DNA of 64,000 nucleotides from assembly GCA_031370645.1 (NCBI GenBank), contig JANMQV010000006.1, positions 11,314 through 75,313 of the forward strand. Direction: 5' to 3'. This DNA is from Candidatus Eiseniibacteriota bacterium. GTDB taxonomy: Bacteria > Eisenbacteria > RBG-16-71-46 > SZUA-252. Below are positions 9,540 to 24,009 of the stretch, one piece after another. The notes beneath the pieces are model-generated. The model was given only the letters and a program-made list of their open reading frames with translations. It did not search any database and had not been told where the DNA came from. The stretch's first letter is position 1; each line of letters opens with the position of its first letter. Both the position numbers and the translations under genes were made by a program.

Positions 9540-11635
9540 GGGAGAGCCTCCATTTCGATGAAGTCGCGAACCAGCGCGGCCGCCTCGGCGGGCGTCCGCG
9601 CGACGGCCGGACGCGACGGAAGCACCGCGACGAACCGCGCGCCGTATCCCGCGCGAAGAAGGCGAGGATCCGCGACCAGCACGGCGCCGCGATCGCTCGC
9701 GCTTCGAATGAGACGTCCTACTCCCTGGCGGAAACGAAGAATCGCCTCCGGGAGCATCAGCTCCTTGAAAGGGTCGCCTCCCTCGGCGACGATTCGCTCC
9801 GACCGGGCTTCGACGACCGGATCGGTCGGCACCGGGAACGGCAGCCGCGCGATGATGAGGATCTCGAGCGACGCGCCCGGGAAATCGACGCCTTCCCAAA
9901 ACGACGCCGTTCCGAGCAGCACGCTCCCCGGCCGATCGCGGAAGGCGTCGGCCAGTGGTGCTGCCGGAGCGCCCGGCGTCTGCGCCAGAAGCGGAACGCC
10001 GAGCGACGCGAGCGGTACCCGGAGGCGTGTCGCCAAACTCTCCAGCATCGAGAACGACGTGAGGAGAACGAGCGTGCTCCGGCGAAGCGCCGAAAGCGAT
10101 AGCACCGCGGACGCGAGCCCGTCCACGTACGCGGCGTCGTTCGGCGCGCTCCCCTCGAGCACGACCGTTCGAACCATTCGCTCGAGCGGGAAGGGTGATT
10201 CCAGGCACTCGCACTCCGCCTCGGTCGGCTCGAGCCCGAGGGCGCGGAGTGTCGGTGCGAAGTCGCGTTCCGGCGCCATTGTGGCCGACGTCAAGAGCAC
10301 GCGCTCGGCGTGGGCGAAGATGCTGTCGCGGAGCACGCCTCCGACCCGAAGCGGCCGGCGATTGAGGCGCGGCGTTCCCCGCTCGTCGCGGTCGAGGAAG
10401 AACGCGTGATCGCGCTCCTCCACGCGAACCACGGCGCGAAGCGCCTGTTCGGTCTCGATCCACGCGGCCACGCGCGCGCGCCCTTCGGCGAGCGCGTCGT
10501 CCGAGCCGGGGCGGAGCACTCCCGTCTCCGTCTCCGCCTCGTGAAGCGCCCGCTCCAGCGCGCGAATGAGCGTTCCGAGCGCGCCGAGGAGGAGATCGAG
10601 CGCTGCGGGGCTCACGGTCGCGAGGTCGACGTCGGCGCCGAGCCGCGCCGCGGCGACGCCGTCGGGGAGAAGTGCCGCGAGATCGCGCGTGAGCGCCGCC
10701 GTGTGATCGAGCACGGGACGGAGCGCTTGGTCTGCTTCCACGATCCGTTCGGCGACTCCGGAGGAGCGGCCGCGCCGAAGGGAACGGGAGAGGAGCCGGA
10801 GCGCGCCGTTTCGCGCGTCGGTCCGCGCCGCCAATCGCGCCACGTCCTGCATCCCCACGGTCACGCCAAAGGTTTCGCGCGCGACGCGTTCGAATTGATG
10901 CGCTTCATCCAGAATCAAGGCCCCCGCTTCGGCGACGACCGACTGGCGGAGTCCCGCGTCGGAGAGAAGAAGCGCGTGATTCAGAATGATCACGTCCGCC
11001 TTCCGCGCTTCGCGCCGAGCCGCCTTGGCGAAGCAGCCCGAGGCGGGATCGCAATCGGGGCCCGAGCAGAAGATTGGATCGGAAGCGATCTCGGCCGCGA
11101 GCGACGAACCGGGTCCGAGCCCCACGCCGAGCCCGAGTGTCGCCAGTTCCTCTAACTCCCCCTTCCTCGTGTGTTCGATCCACGACTCCAGCCGCTCCAG
11201 GGCTTCCCCGTCGAGCGGCGCTCCCCCTCCCGCGAAGAGCCGTCGCTGCCGGAGCCGCGCCTGCGCGCGCCGGCGGCAGAGATAGGAGGCGCGACCCTTC
11301 AGCGTGGCGGCGCGCACGGGGCGGCCGAGCGCGCGCGACGCGAGGGGAACGTCTCGCGTGATCAACTGCTCTTGGAGCGCCTTCGTGTGGGTGGAGACGA
11401 CGATCGGACCCGACCCGCCGGCACGGAGCAGAAGCGCGGGGAGGAGATAGGCGAGCGATTTCCCGACGCCGGTCGGCGCCTCGATCGCGAGGACGCCGCG
11501 ATGAAGCAGAAGTTCCGCCCATCGCCGGGCCATGCGGGCCTGGGCTGGGCGGTGCTCGAATTCCGGCGCGTCGCGTTCGAGGCGCTCGAACGCCTCCTCG
11601 ACCGTCGCTACGAGATCGAAATCGCGCGAGTTCAT
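9527..11635 (-). CDS. dinG: DinG/YoaA-family Fe-S DNA helicase (no N-terminal exonuclease)
   Basis: Q motif RPAQ, motif I EAPTGVGKS, DEAH, SATM, FWEGVD and QGVGRLIR; four cysteines in the Fe-S region. Confidence 0.9.
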   Translation of the reverse strand: MNSRDFDLVATVEEAFERLERDAPEFEHRPAQARMARRWAELLLHRGVLAIEAPTGVGKSLAYLLPALLLRAGGSGPIVVSTHTKALQEQLITRDVPLASRALGRPVRAATLKGRASYLCRRRAQARLRQRRLFAGGGAPLDGEALERLESWIEHTRKGELEELATLGLGVGLGPGSSLAAEIASDPIFCSGPDCDPASGCFAKAARREARKADVIILNHALLLSDAGLRQSVVAEAGALILDEAHQFERVARETFGVTVGMQDVARLAARTDARNGALRLLSRSLRRGRSSGVAERIVEADQALRPVLDHTAALTRDLAALLPDGVAAARLGADVDLATVSPAALDLLLGALGTLIRALERALHEAETETGVLRPGSDDALAEGRARVAAWIETEQALRAVVRVEERDHAFFLDRDERGTPRLNRRPLRVGGVLRDSIFAHAERVLLTSATMAPERDFAPTLRALGLEPTEAECECLESPFPLERMVRTVVLEGSAPNDAAYVDGLASAVLSLSALRRSTLVLLTSFSMLESLATRLRVPLASLGVPLLAQTPGAPAAPLADAFRDRPGSVLLGTASFWEGVDFPGASLEILIIARLPFPVPTDPVVEARSERIVAEGGDPFKELMLPEAILRFRQGVGRLIRSASDRGAVLVADPRLLRAGYGARFVAVLPSRPAVARTPAEAAALVRDFIEMEALPCPA

Positions 11636-11669
11636 GAGCCTAGATCGTTCGGGGATAGGAAGATCGGAC

Positions 11670-11711
11670 GGTTGACCGCTTCAACCTACGGGAGGAGGGC
11701 GGGGTTGTCAA
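11670..11711 (-). promoter_or_regulatory. sigma70-type promoter upstream of dinG-hut with an overlapping inverted repeat
   Basis: Minus strand TTGACA (11711-11706), 17 nt, TAGGTT (11688-11683). Palindrome GGTTGA-N5-TCAACC at 11670-11686. Confidence 0.65.
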
Positions 11712-13203
11712 CGCGGGCCATTTCCGGCCGCGCGGAGGGCTTTGTCGAGCGCCTCGCCGCGGCGGCCCACGACCTCCGGAGCGGCCGCCACGTCGGCCTC
11801 GGACGTGTTGAAGTTGACGATGCAGGCGCGAAGCACGTAGCGGCCATCGAGGACCGCGTTCGAGACGAAGATCTCTCCTCCCCGCTGAAGATCGTCGAGG
11901 AGAGCCTGGTTCAGGCGGCTCAGGTATTCCTCGGAAGCCGCTTCGCCGCGGCGCGAGCGGAGGTCGGCGGGAACGTAGCGGAAGGTGACGATGCTGAGTT
12001 CGGTGGTGAGCACTTCGAGCAGGTCGTGCTTCTCGATGGCGCGCGCCATCGATCGCGCGAGGAGAATGTCGTCGGAGATCATGCGCCGATGCCCTGAAGC
12101 TCCGGCGTGGCGGAAGGAGAGCCACACCTTGAGTGCCCGAAAGCCGCGCGAATTCTGCATGCCGTAGTCGACGAAGTTCACCGACTTCTCTTCGAAGTGG
12201 TAGTAGGGAGGATGGTAGGAGAAGGCGGCGCGGTGAAGCACCGGATCGCGAACGAGCGCGCATCCCGCTTCGAGCGGCGCGTAGAGCCACTTGTGGGGAT
12301 CGACCGCGACGGAATCGGCCTCGGAGAGTCCGCGAAGATCGCCGGGCGCCTCCGGCACGGCGGCGGCGATGCCGCCGTAGGCGCCGTCGACGTGGAACCA
12401 GAGCCCCTCCCGCCGGCAGAACGCCGCGAGCGCGGGGAGCGGGTCGACGGCGCCCGTGCTGACCGAGCCACCGGTGCCGACGACCAGGAACGGGATGTCT
12501 CCGGCGGCGCGATCGGCCGCCACCTGGCGCTCGAGTTCATCAAGTCGCAGACGCTGCGATCCATCCGTCTCGATCCATCGAATCGAATCGGTGCCGAGAC
12601 CCGAGAGATCGGCGGCCTTCTGAATCCACGTGTGCGTCTCCTTCGAGGCGTACGAGCGAAGCCGGCCGCATCCCGCCGGCATGGCGCCGTCGCGCTGCAC
12701 CGCCCACGGCGCCTTCGCCGCGCGCGCCGCGAAGAAGCAGACGAGATTCGCCATGTTCCCACCGCTCACGAGAACGCCGCCGCACGTCTCGGGATATCCG
12801 ATGAACTGGGTGATCCAGCGGACGGTCTGCACCTCGATCTCCGTTGCAGCGGGCGAGAGCGACCAGCCGCCGGCATTCGGATTCACCGCCGCGCCGATGA
12901 GATCGGCAAACATGCCGATCGGCGCGGGCGAGGAGGTGATGTAGCCCCAGAACCGGGGATGTCCGTTGAAGAGGGAGTGATCGAAGAGGAGCCGCGTCGA
13001 TTCTTCGAGCAGCGCGGCCGGATCGCTCCCCTCCTCCGGAAGCGGCGCGTCGGTGCCGAGCGCGGCGCGCACCTGCGAGGGGCGCTCGCCGGGCGTCACC
13101 GGTCCTCGCGGGATCGCCTCCAGCCGGTCGGCGAGTTGGTCCACGAGGCGGTGGCCCAGCGCGCGGAATTCGGCGGAGGGAATGGCGAGCGGGCGCTGAC
13201 GGC

Positions 13204-13207
<4 letters not shown>
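11708..13207 (-). CDS. Group II PLP-dependent amino-acid decarboxylase (aromatic-L-amino-acid/Ddc-like)
   Basis: HPRFWGYI, SGGNMAN, WFHVDGAYGG and DPHKWL (PLP lysine). Confidence 0.9.
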
Positions 13208-17883
<4,676 letters not shown>

Positions 17884-17884
<1 letters not shown>

Positions 17885-20800
17885 CAGAACGAACTCCGGA
17901 GTTCGAGCCGCGCGGTGTAGCTGCCGGTGCCGCTCGGAACGGCCGCGCCGTTCACTCCAAGCGTCAGCTGAAGCCGGTCGCGCATCGTCCACTCGGAGAG
18001 AAGATCGTAATCGAGCCGCCCCCCGAGCACGGGTGCGAGAAAGGCTCCCGACGGCGCGTAGGATCCGTTCCGTTCGGTCTTCCCCCAGAGCGCTCGCGCG
18101 TCGACGCGAAGACGTCCCCCGGAAGCGCAACGGATCGCGGGGCCGGCCGACCAGGTCGTCTGCGTCCCGCCTCGAAGCGCGTCGCGATCCAGCCGATGCC
18201 TCCCGATGAGCGAGAGATTCCACTGCGGTCCCGCGGCCCGAGAGAGTTCGACCTCAGCACCTCGTCCCGTGAGGCGGCTCCGGGCCCGGTCGGGCGAGTC
18301 GGAGCGAGTCGATGCGTAGCGGCTCTGATCGATGGTGATGCGCTCGGAGAGCCGGAGACGCGCCGGCAACGGATGGCGCGCTCGAAGCGTCGCGTCGCGC
18401 GAATCGCGGCCGACGCGCAGGTTCTCGAGATCGCCCAGGAGTTCTCGGCGCGCTCCCGCCTCGGCACGAAGTTCGTAGCGGGCGCCGGCGGGGACGAATT
18501 CGAGCGTCTGGCGCCCGCTCCATTCCCCGCGAATCGTGGCGTCGCCGTCGAGGTAGTCGCTGAATCGGAACGCGCGCTCCAGCCGCCCGAGCGGGAGGCG
18601 CGACTGGCTGTCGAGGCGAAGAAGCGTGCTCGCGCCGAGCGCGCGCCACCAGGCTCGCCGCGCGGCCGGCGTCCGCGCCGCCCGTGCGGGGTAGGCGTCG
18701 AGCCGCCACTGCCACGAGGCCTTTGTTCTCGTCGCCTCCGGGCCCGTCACGCTCACGAACTCGTAGCCCCCTCCCGGGGAGAGCGTGCCGGTCGCGTCGT
18801 AGGAGCCGAGCCCCGGGCCGAGGGCGACGAGCGAGCGCTGCCGTTCTGGCTCCCGCACCTGTGAAACATCCCACCGGACTTCGCTCGTGAGGGCGCCTCC
18901 CGCTCGGCCTCCGGTGAGGACAACCTGAGCGAGATCGGTGTCGGTGCCGCCGCTCGCTCCGCGCGACCGCCGGCGCGAGAGCGAGGCGTCGACCGTGACG
19001 AGGTCCGCGCGAACCGTGGCGCCGCCATCGAACGCGACCGAGCGGCGGGTCCGATCCCCCTGCGAAAGGTTCACCTCGAGCGGGGCTTCGAGATCCCGCC
19101 GCCAGGTGACCCCGCCGCGGAATCGCATCGCGGTGGCCGGCGAGAGGACGACGCTGCTCGAGGCGAAGCGCGTGTCGCGGCGCGCGACCGAGTCGCCGTC
19201 CGCGCCCGACACCCGCTCTGATCCGGCGCGAAGGTGCGGCTGTACCACGCCTCGGTCGCGGCCGAGATCGAGACCCCAACGTGCACGCCTCCCCGCACCG
19301 CTCGCGCCGTCATTTCTCGCCTCCTCCCATCGCGCCGTCCCCCCTACGAAGCCGCGCCACTCCGCCTCGGCGGCTCGCCTCGTGGAGCGGGCGCCGTCGG
19401 CGAGACGCCGGTGGCCCCATTCGCCCCGAAGGCTCGCGGCGTTCGAGGCGTCGTATTGCGCCGTCGCTTCGTAGCGTCGCTCTCCCACGTCGCCCGAGCG
19501 CTGATTCCAGCGATCCCCTTCGAACGCCGCGTCAACCCGATCGAACGAGGTGAACGATTCGTCGCGCGAACGAAGGGAGACCCCGGCGCGGAGCGCTCCC
19601 GCCTTCCGGCCGAAAAGCCGAAGCGGGCGCGGGTCGAGGCGAAGGGCCGCGCGCGCGGCGATACCGCCGTTGTCGCCGTCGTCGCGCGCGCTCAGGAGGT
19701 TTCGATCGAGCGAGGAGCGGGCGAACTCCGCGTCGAGCGAGACCGCACCGCCGAATCGCGTCGTGCCGCCCACATCGAAGAGCGCGGCCGCCGCCGGCAC
19801 CGCGAGCGAACGGCCGGGGGTGAAGTCGCCGAGCGAAGACCCGATGTAGTGATAGTAGCGAGTACCGTCGACTCCGACCGTGTCGGCGTACGAGCCGCGC
19901 CCGGCGCCGACTTCGGAGAACTCGACATCGTGATCGCCTCCGCCCACGCCCAGGTAAACCCAGCGGGGAGCGGCGGCATCGCTTTCGTCCCACGCGTAGG
20001 AGCCGGCCCCCGGACCGACGTAGCGCACGCCGCTCGGGAGCGGCGCGTCGGCGGAGTCTCCCGCCCCGGAGAGCGCGTCACGGTCTTCGCGCGTCAATTC
20101 CGCGCCGAAGGGACGCTTCCAATCGTCCCCCTCGCGGAGGTAGGCCGCATACCAGTTCCGGCGGAGATCCCCTCCGCGCGTCGCCGCTGAATAGAGCTGC
20201 CGTTTGTAACGCGATGCCGCCTCCTCGTAGTCGACCGCGATTCGATTCGCGGCCGCGATCGGCCGACGCACCGTGAAGCTGATCGTGCCCGCGGAGTAGT
20301 CCATCACGTAATCGGCGTCGGCGCCGCGGCGAAGCTTGCCGCCGTCGAGCCAGACCGTCTCGCTCCCGGCCACGATGCCGCCGTCGCCCCCGCTCGAGAC
20401 GGTGCGCGTGGTGAGAACGTACGGTCCCTGCTTCCCCTCTTCCCCGCGGAATTCGGCCGCGCGCCGCTCCCCTTTCGCACCGGCGGCGGTAACGTCCCAA
20501 TGAGTCCCGCGCACGTTCGCCGCGCCGCGCACGCCTTGCAACTCTCGGCTTAGGCGCGCGAACTCTCCCGGGAACGCGTCGAGGCGGAAGTCGCCGAGCG
20601 TCGCCTCTCCGCCCGGCGCCCGAACGGCGAGCGAGAGACGGTCGAGATCGTCGAGTTCGCGCGTGGCGCCGTCGGGTTCGAACGGGAGCGCGCGATCGCT
20701 CAGAGTCGCGCTCACGTCGACGTCGCCCGCGATCCGGCCGCGGAGCGAAAGATCGAGCCCCTGAGAGAGCGTGGCGTCGCGGCGGCGGCCGAGTTCGACG

Positions 20801-21162
20801 GCGAACGATTTCGAGCCGCTCACCGTGATGCGATCCCCACTCGCGGCGGCGTCGCCCACCGTACCGGCGAAGGCGTCGCGCCGCAGCAGTGTCGCCGCGC
20901 CCTCCGCAGGAGCCGCGCCCCAGGCTTCGCGCGCCCCGGGTGGAAGTGACGCGGCGGCGGCAAGCGGCGCGCTCGCCCGGAGCAGGAGGAGGGAGGGCGA
21001 ATTCCGCACCGGGAGGATGAGAACCGTCGAATCCGGTTCGGCGGGGGCATCACCGGCGGTGCGCGGCTCGGAGTCGTCCGAGGTGGGACGCGCGAACGCG
21101 CCACCCGGGACGAGAACGAGCCACAGGGCCAGAAGCGCGCCGGTCTTCGCGCGGGCGCTCAT
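17884..21162 (-). CDS. Large (~1090 aa) exported beta-barrel protein with a SprA/Sov-like N-terminal region
   Basis: Signal peptide; segment IVAGSETVWLDG..LRRG...DYVMDYSAGTISF recalls SprA; many amphipathic strands; C-terminal ARLELRSSF. Start ATG 21162 (ATGA overlap). Confidence 0.65.
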
Positions 21163-22190
21163 GGCGCGGCGCCCCGATCGATGGTGAAGATCCAAATCTC
21201 ACCGCGCGTCTCATCGGCGACGGCGATTCGATCGTCCGGGCTCCAGGCGATCGCCCCGGGCCTCCACGCGTGCCGCTCCCCGCCGAGCCACCGGGTATGA
21301 AGTCGCGCGCCGTCCGACCCGAACACGAGAAGGCGCGCCCCCGCCGCATCGGCCACGTAGAGGGCGCCCGAGTCGTCGGCGGCCAGATCGATCGGCTCGG
21401 CGGCGAGGGAATCTCCCGCCGGGATACCCGGCCCCACGCGCCCCGTCGCGTCGAACCGGCGGAGCGTTCCCGCTTCGCGATCGGCGATCCACCCTCCTCC
21501 TTCGGGGAGAAAGACGGCGGCCGACGGCGAGCCGACCGACTCCTCGGGCGTGAGGAAGCGACCGGCGCGCCGGCGAAGAAGGCGCGAGTCGAGCGGGATC
21601 AAGTCGCGCGCGCGCGGCGCGAGGAGCCAGAGGTCGCCGTACGGATCGCGCAGGAGGCGTGCCTCGGGCGCGCGCGCCTCGTCGGCCAATTGAAGGTCGA
21701 TGTCGCGCGTTCCGAGGTAGGCGGTGCGGCGGTCGTAGGCCAAGAGCGACGCGTGCGAGCGATCGAGCACGAGGAGCGATCCCCGCGCGTCGACGACGAG
21801 GTCGTGGGGTAGCGCCGAAGCCGGAGCGTCGTCGCCGAAAATGGTACCGAGGCCCGCCTCCGCCGCCGGCACGGTGGCCGCCCCGCGCGAGGGATCGCCG
21901 GCGCGAGGAGGGAGCGAAAGCCGTACGACGCGCCTCGCGCGCGCGTCGAGCACGTAGAGCGCGCCCTCTCCGTCGAACGCGAGCCGCGACGGGCGTTCGA
22001 TGCCGGCCGCGCGGAGGCGATCGTGGTCGAGAAGGAGTTCCGCCCGCAGCGATCGCGGCGGCGCATCGGTGCGCCCGCGCCGTTCGATGTCGGGGGTCGG
22101 GAGCGCATGAGCGGGGCGCGGGACGGCCGGAGCGGCGAGGAGGCAGGCGAAGCAGACGGCCGCGAGGGCCAACCCCGTAGTTCGGCTCAC
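21159..22190 (-). CDS. Exported NHL-repeat beta-propeller protein
   Basis: Signal peptide; repeats PSRLAFDGEGALYVLD, PHDLVVDARGSLLVLD, PIDLAADDSGALYVAD and PGAIAWSPDDRIAVAD. Confidence 0.85.
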   Translation of the reverse strand: MSRTTGLALAAVCFACLLAAPAVPRPAHALPTPDIERRGRTDAPPRSLRAELLLDHDRLRAAGIERPSRLAFDGEGALYVLDARARRVVRLSLPPRAGDPSRGAATVPAAEAGLGTIFGDDAPASALPHDLVVDARGSLLVLDRSHASLLAYDRRTAYLGTRDIDLQLADEARAPEARLLRDPYGDLWLLAPRARDLIPLDSRLLRRRAGRFLTPEESVGSPSAAVFLPEGGGWIADREAGTLRRFDATGRVGPGIPAGDSLAAEPIDLAADDSGALYVADAAGARLLVFGSDGARLHTRWLGGERHAWRPGAIAWSPDDRIAVADETRGEIWIFTIDRGAAP

Positions 22191-22263
22191 GATGTCGGGA
22201 CCCTCCGGATGTCTCCAGGGCCCGGCGGCGGATTCGCCGTTCGCCGGGGTGAGGGCCGGGGCG

Positions 22264-23157
22264 CTAAAAGCGGCGGAGGAGGATGACGCGCGCGCCGCCG
22301 TCCGGCGTGGCGTCGGCCAGGAGGCGCGTTCCCTCGTCGAGCCGCGCCTGCCCGTCCTTCATGAGGCGACGATGCAGGACCTGCGTGTCGATCGCGCTCA
22401 CGAGACGATTGAGGATCGCCGCGGCGAACGAGTACTTCGCGCGGTCGTAGGCTCGATTGGACGAAGCGCGCGTGGTCCGATACGACTTCTGAAGTTCCGC
22501 GCTGCTCCAGTTCCAGGCGCGGTCGCCCGACGGCAGATTCTTCGCCACGTAGTCGTCCTGCGCCGCGGGGTCGTCGGGAAATTGGTCGCGCGCATCGCGG
22601 CGCACGGTCTCTTCGTAGCTTCCCGGGCCGGAGCCGCTCGAGCGCTCGTACTGTCCCACCAACTTCCAGTAGCTATCGCTCTCGCTGCCGGTCCCCACGC
22701 CCGCGTTCAATTGAGCCTGTTCGATGTAATCGTCGCGGCGAAGTCTCCCCGCCACTTCGAACCAGACGTAGTGCGTCCAGATGAGCCCTTCCGCGGCGAA
22801 GAATCCGGCAGCGCGTCCGCGCGCGCCGAGCGAGAGTTCGCCGGCGCCGGGAAGGAGAAGCGAATAGAGCAGAGCCTTCCGCTTCCCGGGACGCTTGGCC
22901 GGCGCCGAATCCGTCGTCGGAGCCGGCGGAGCATCCTGTCGCGTGAACGACGCCTCAGCCATCGCCGACGCCGAACGGTCGGCACCGGCGTCGCGCGCGG
23001 CGAGTTCGAGCGGTGTGGAGACGGGCAGGTGGAGCGAAGACGACGTGGCGGCAGGCTCGGCGAGCGCACGCGCGGCCGCCGGCAAGGCGACCAGGAGTGA
23101 GAACGCCGCGGCGAGCGCGCTAGTAAAGGCGGCGCGTGACCGTGATCTTGAGCGCAT
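22264..23157 (-). CDS. Exported/membrane hypothetical protein (DUF5683-like), paralog 2
   Basis: Signal peptide; KALLYSLLLPGAGELSLG, NRLVSAID; ends in RRF. Similar to the upstream ORF. Confidence 0.7.
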   Translation of the reverse strand: MRSRSRSRAAFTSALAAAFSLLVALPAAARALAEPAATSSSLHLPVSTPLELAARDAGADRSASAMAEASFTRQDAPPAPTTDSAPAKRPGKRKALLYSLLLPGAGELSLGARGRAAGFFAAEGLIWTHYVWFEVAGRLRRDDYIEQAQLNAGVGTGSESDSYWKLVGQYERSSGSGPGSYEETVRRDARDQFPDDPAAQDDYVAKNLPSGDRAWNWSSAELQKSYRTTRASSNRAYDRAKYSFAAAILNRLVSAIDTQVLHRRLMKDGQARLDEGTRLLADATPDGGARVILLRRF

Positions 23158-23986
23158 TTTCGTTGGAGAACGGCCTCGTGCGCATGTTGAACTTGATCTG
23201 CGTGCTGTTTCCGAGGTTGGCGCGGCCGCGGTTTTTGAGAAGGCGGAGCACGTCGACCGCGCTCACGATACGGTTCACGAACCCGCCCACGATCGCGTAG
23301 CGGGCGTTCTTCAGGAAATTATTGCTGTCGTTTCGAATCCCATAATAGAAGCGCCGCGTCGGCGCGTCGGCCGGAGGAACGGCGTACCCCTCCCACCCGG
23401 TCCAGTAGATCGGGAGCTTGCCGATGTCCTCGTAGTACTGCTGCTTGTTGGTCTGCAGGAAGTTCTTGATGAGGTTGTCGGCATCGGAGCCTGGATTCGC
23501 AGGGTCGTACGCGATCCACCGCGCGTAGTCCCACTTGTCGTCGGCGTACGCCTCGTATTGATTTTCCTTCGTCTTGCCGCGGTCGTGATAGTAGAGATAC
23601 GTGACCCACGTCGCGCCTTCGAGCCCGAGGTGGATCCAGCCTCGCTTGTTCCCCGCGTAGAGATGCCCCGCGCCCGGCACGATCATGTTGAGGAGGAACG
23701 CGCGCCCCGGCGACTTCGCGACAGGAACGAGGTCTTCATCGTGAGCGGGTGTCGAGGCGACGGAACCCGGAGGCGCCACCGGTGGCGGGGAAACCGAGTC
23801 GGCGATGGCTCGCTGCGCGAGCAAAATCTCCCCGACGGAATTGATGCGGTAGTCGATGTCGGATGCGTGGGAAACTCCGGTGGCGATGACTACCGAAAAG
23901 AGGCCCGCGAGGACCGCGATATAAACCTGGCGCAGGGTCAGAATCTGGTTTCCTAAAACCGGCCGGATGTGGGTTTCACCAAACAA
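23120..23986 (-). CDS. Exported/membrane hypothetical protein (DUF5683-like), paralog 1
   Basis: KSPGRAFLLNMIVPGAGHLYAG, YYEDIGK and NRIVSAVD; ends in RRLY. Start codon uncertain. Confidence 0.7.
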   Translation of the reverse strand: MFGETHIRPVLGNQILTLRQVYIAVLAGLFSVVIATGVSHASDIDYRINSVGEILLAQRAIADSVSPPPVAPPGSVASTPAHDEDLVPVAKSPGRAFLLNMIVPGAGHLYAGNKRGWIHLGLEGATWVTYLYYHDRGKTKENQYEAYADDKWDYARWIAYDPANPGSDADNLIKNFLQTNKQQYYEDIGKLPIYWTGWEGYAVPPADAPTRRFYYGIRNDSNNFLKNARYAIVGGFVNRIVSAVDVLRLLKNRGRANLGNSTQIKFNMRTRPFSNENALKITVTRRLY

Positions 23987-24009
23987 GTTAATGATACCTC
24001 GGCAAGAGC

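Noticed and set aside
7968-10463. Over-extended starts in the ORF track for hutH, and likewise PHP, PIG-L, ligA, Omp85, porU, rhomboid, aminotransferase and cytochrome b
   Set aside because: The extensions overlap neighbouring real genes in another frame. Internal starts with an RBS or a stop/start overlap fit better.
11230-11250. QRRLF in DinG resembling a beta-clamp binding motif
   Set aside because: A five-residue match inside the Fe-S region could be chance; it cannot be supported without an alignment.
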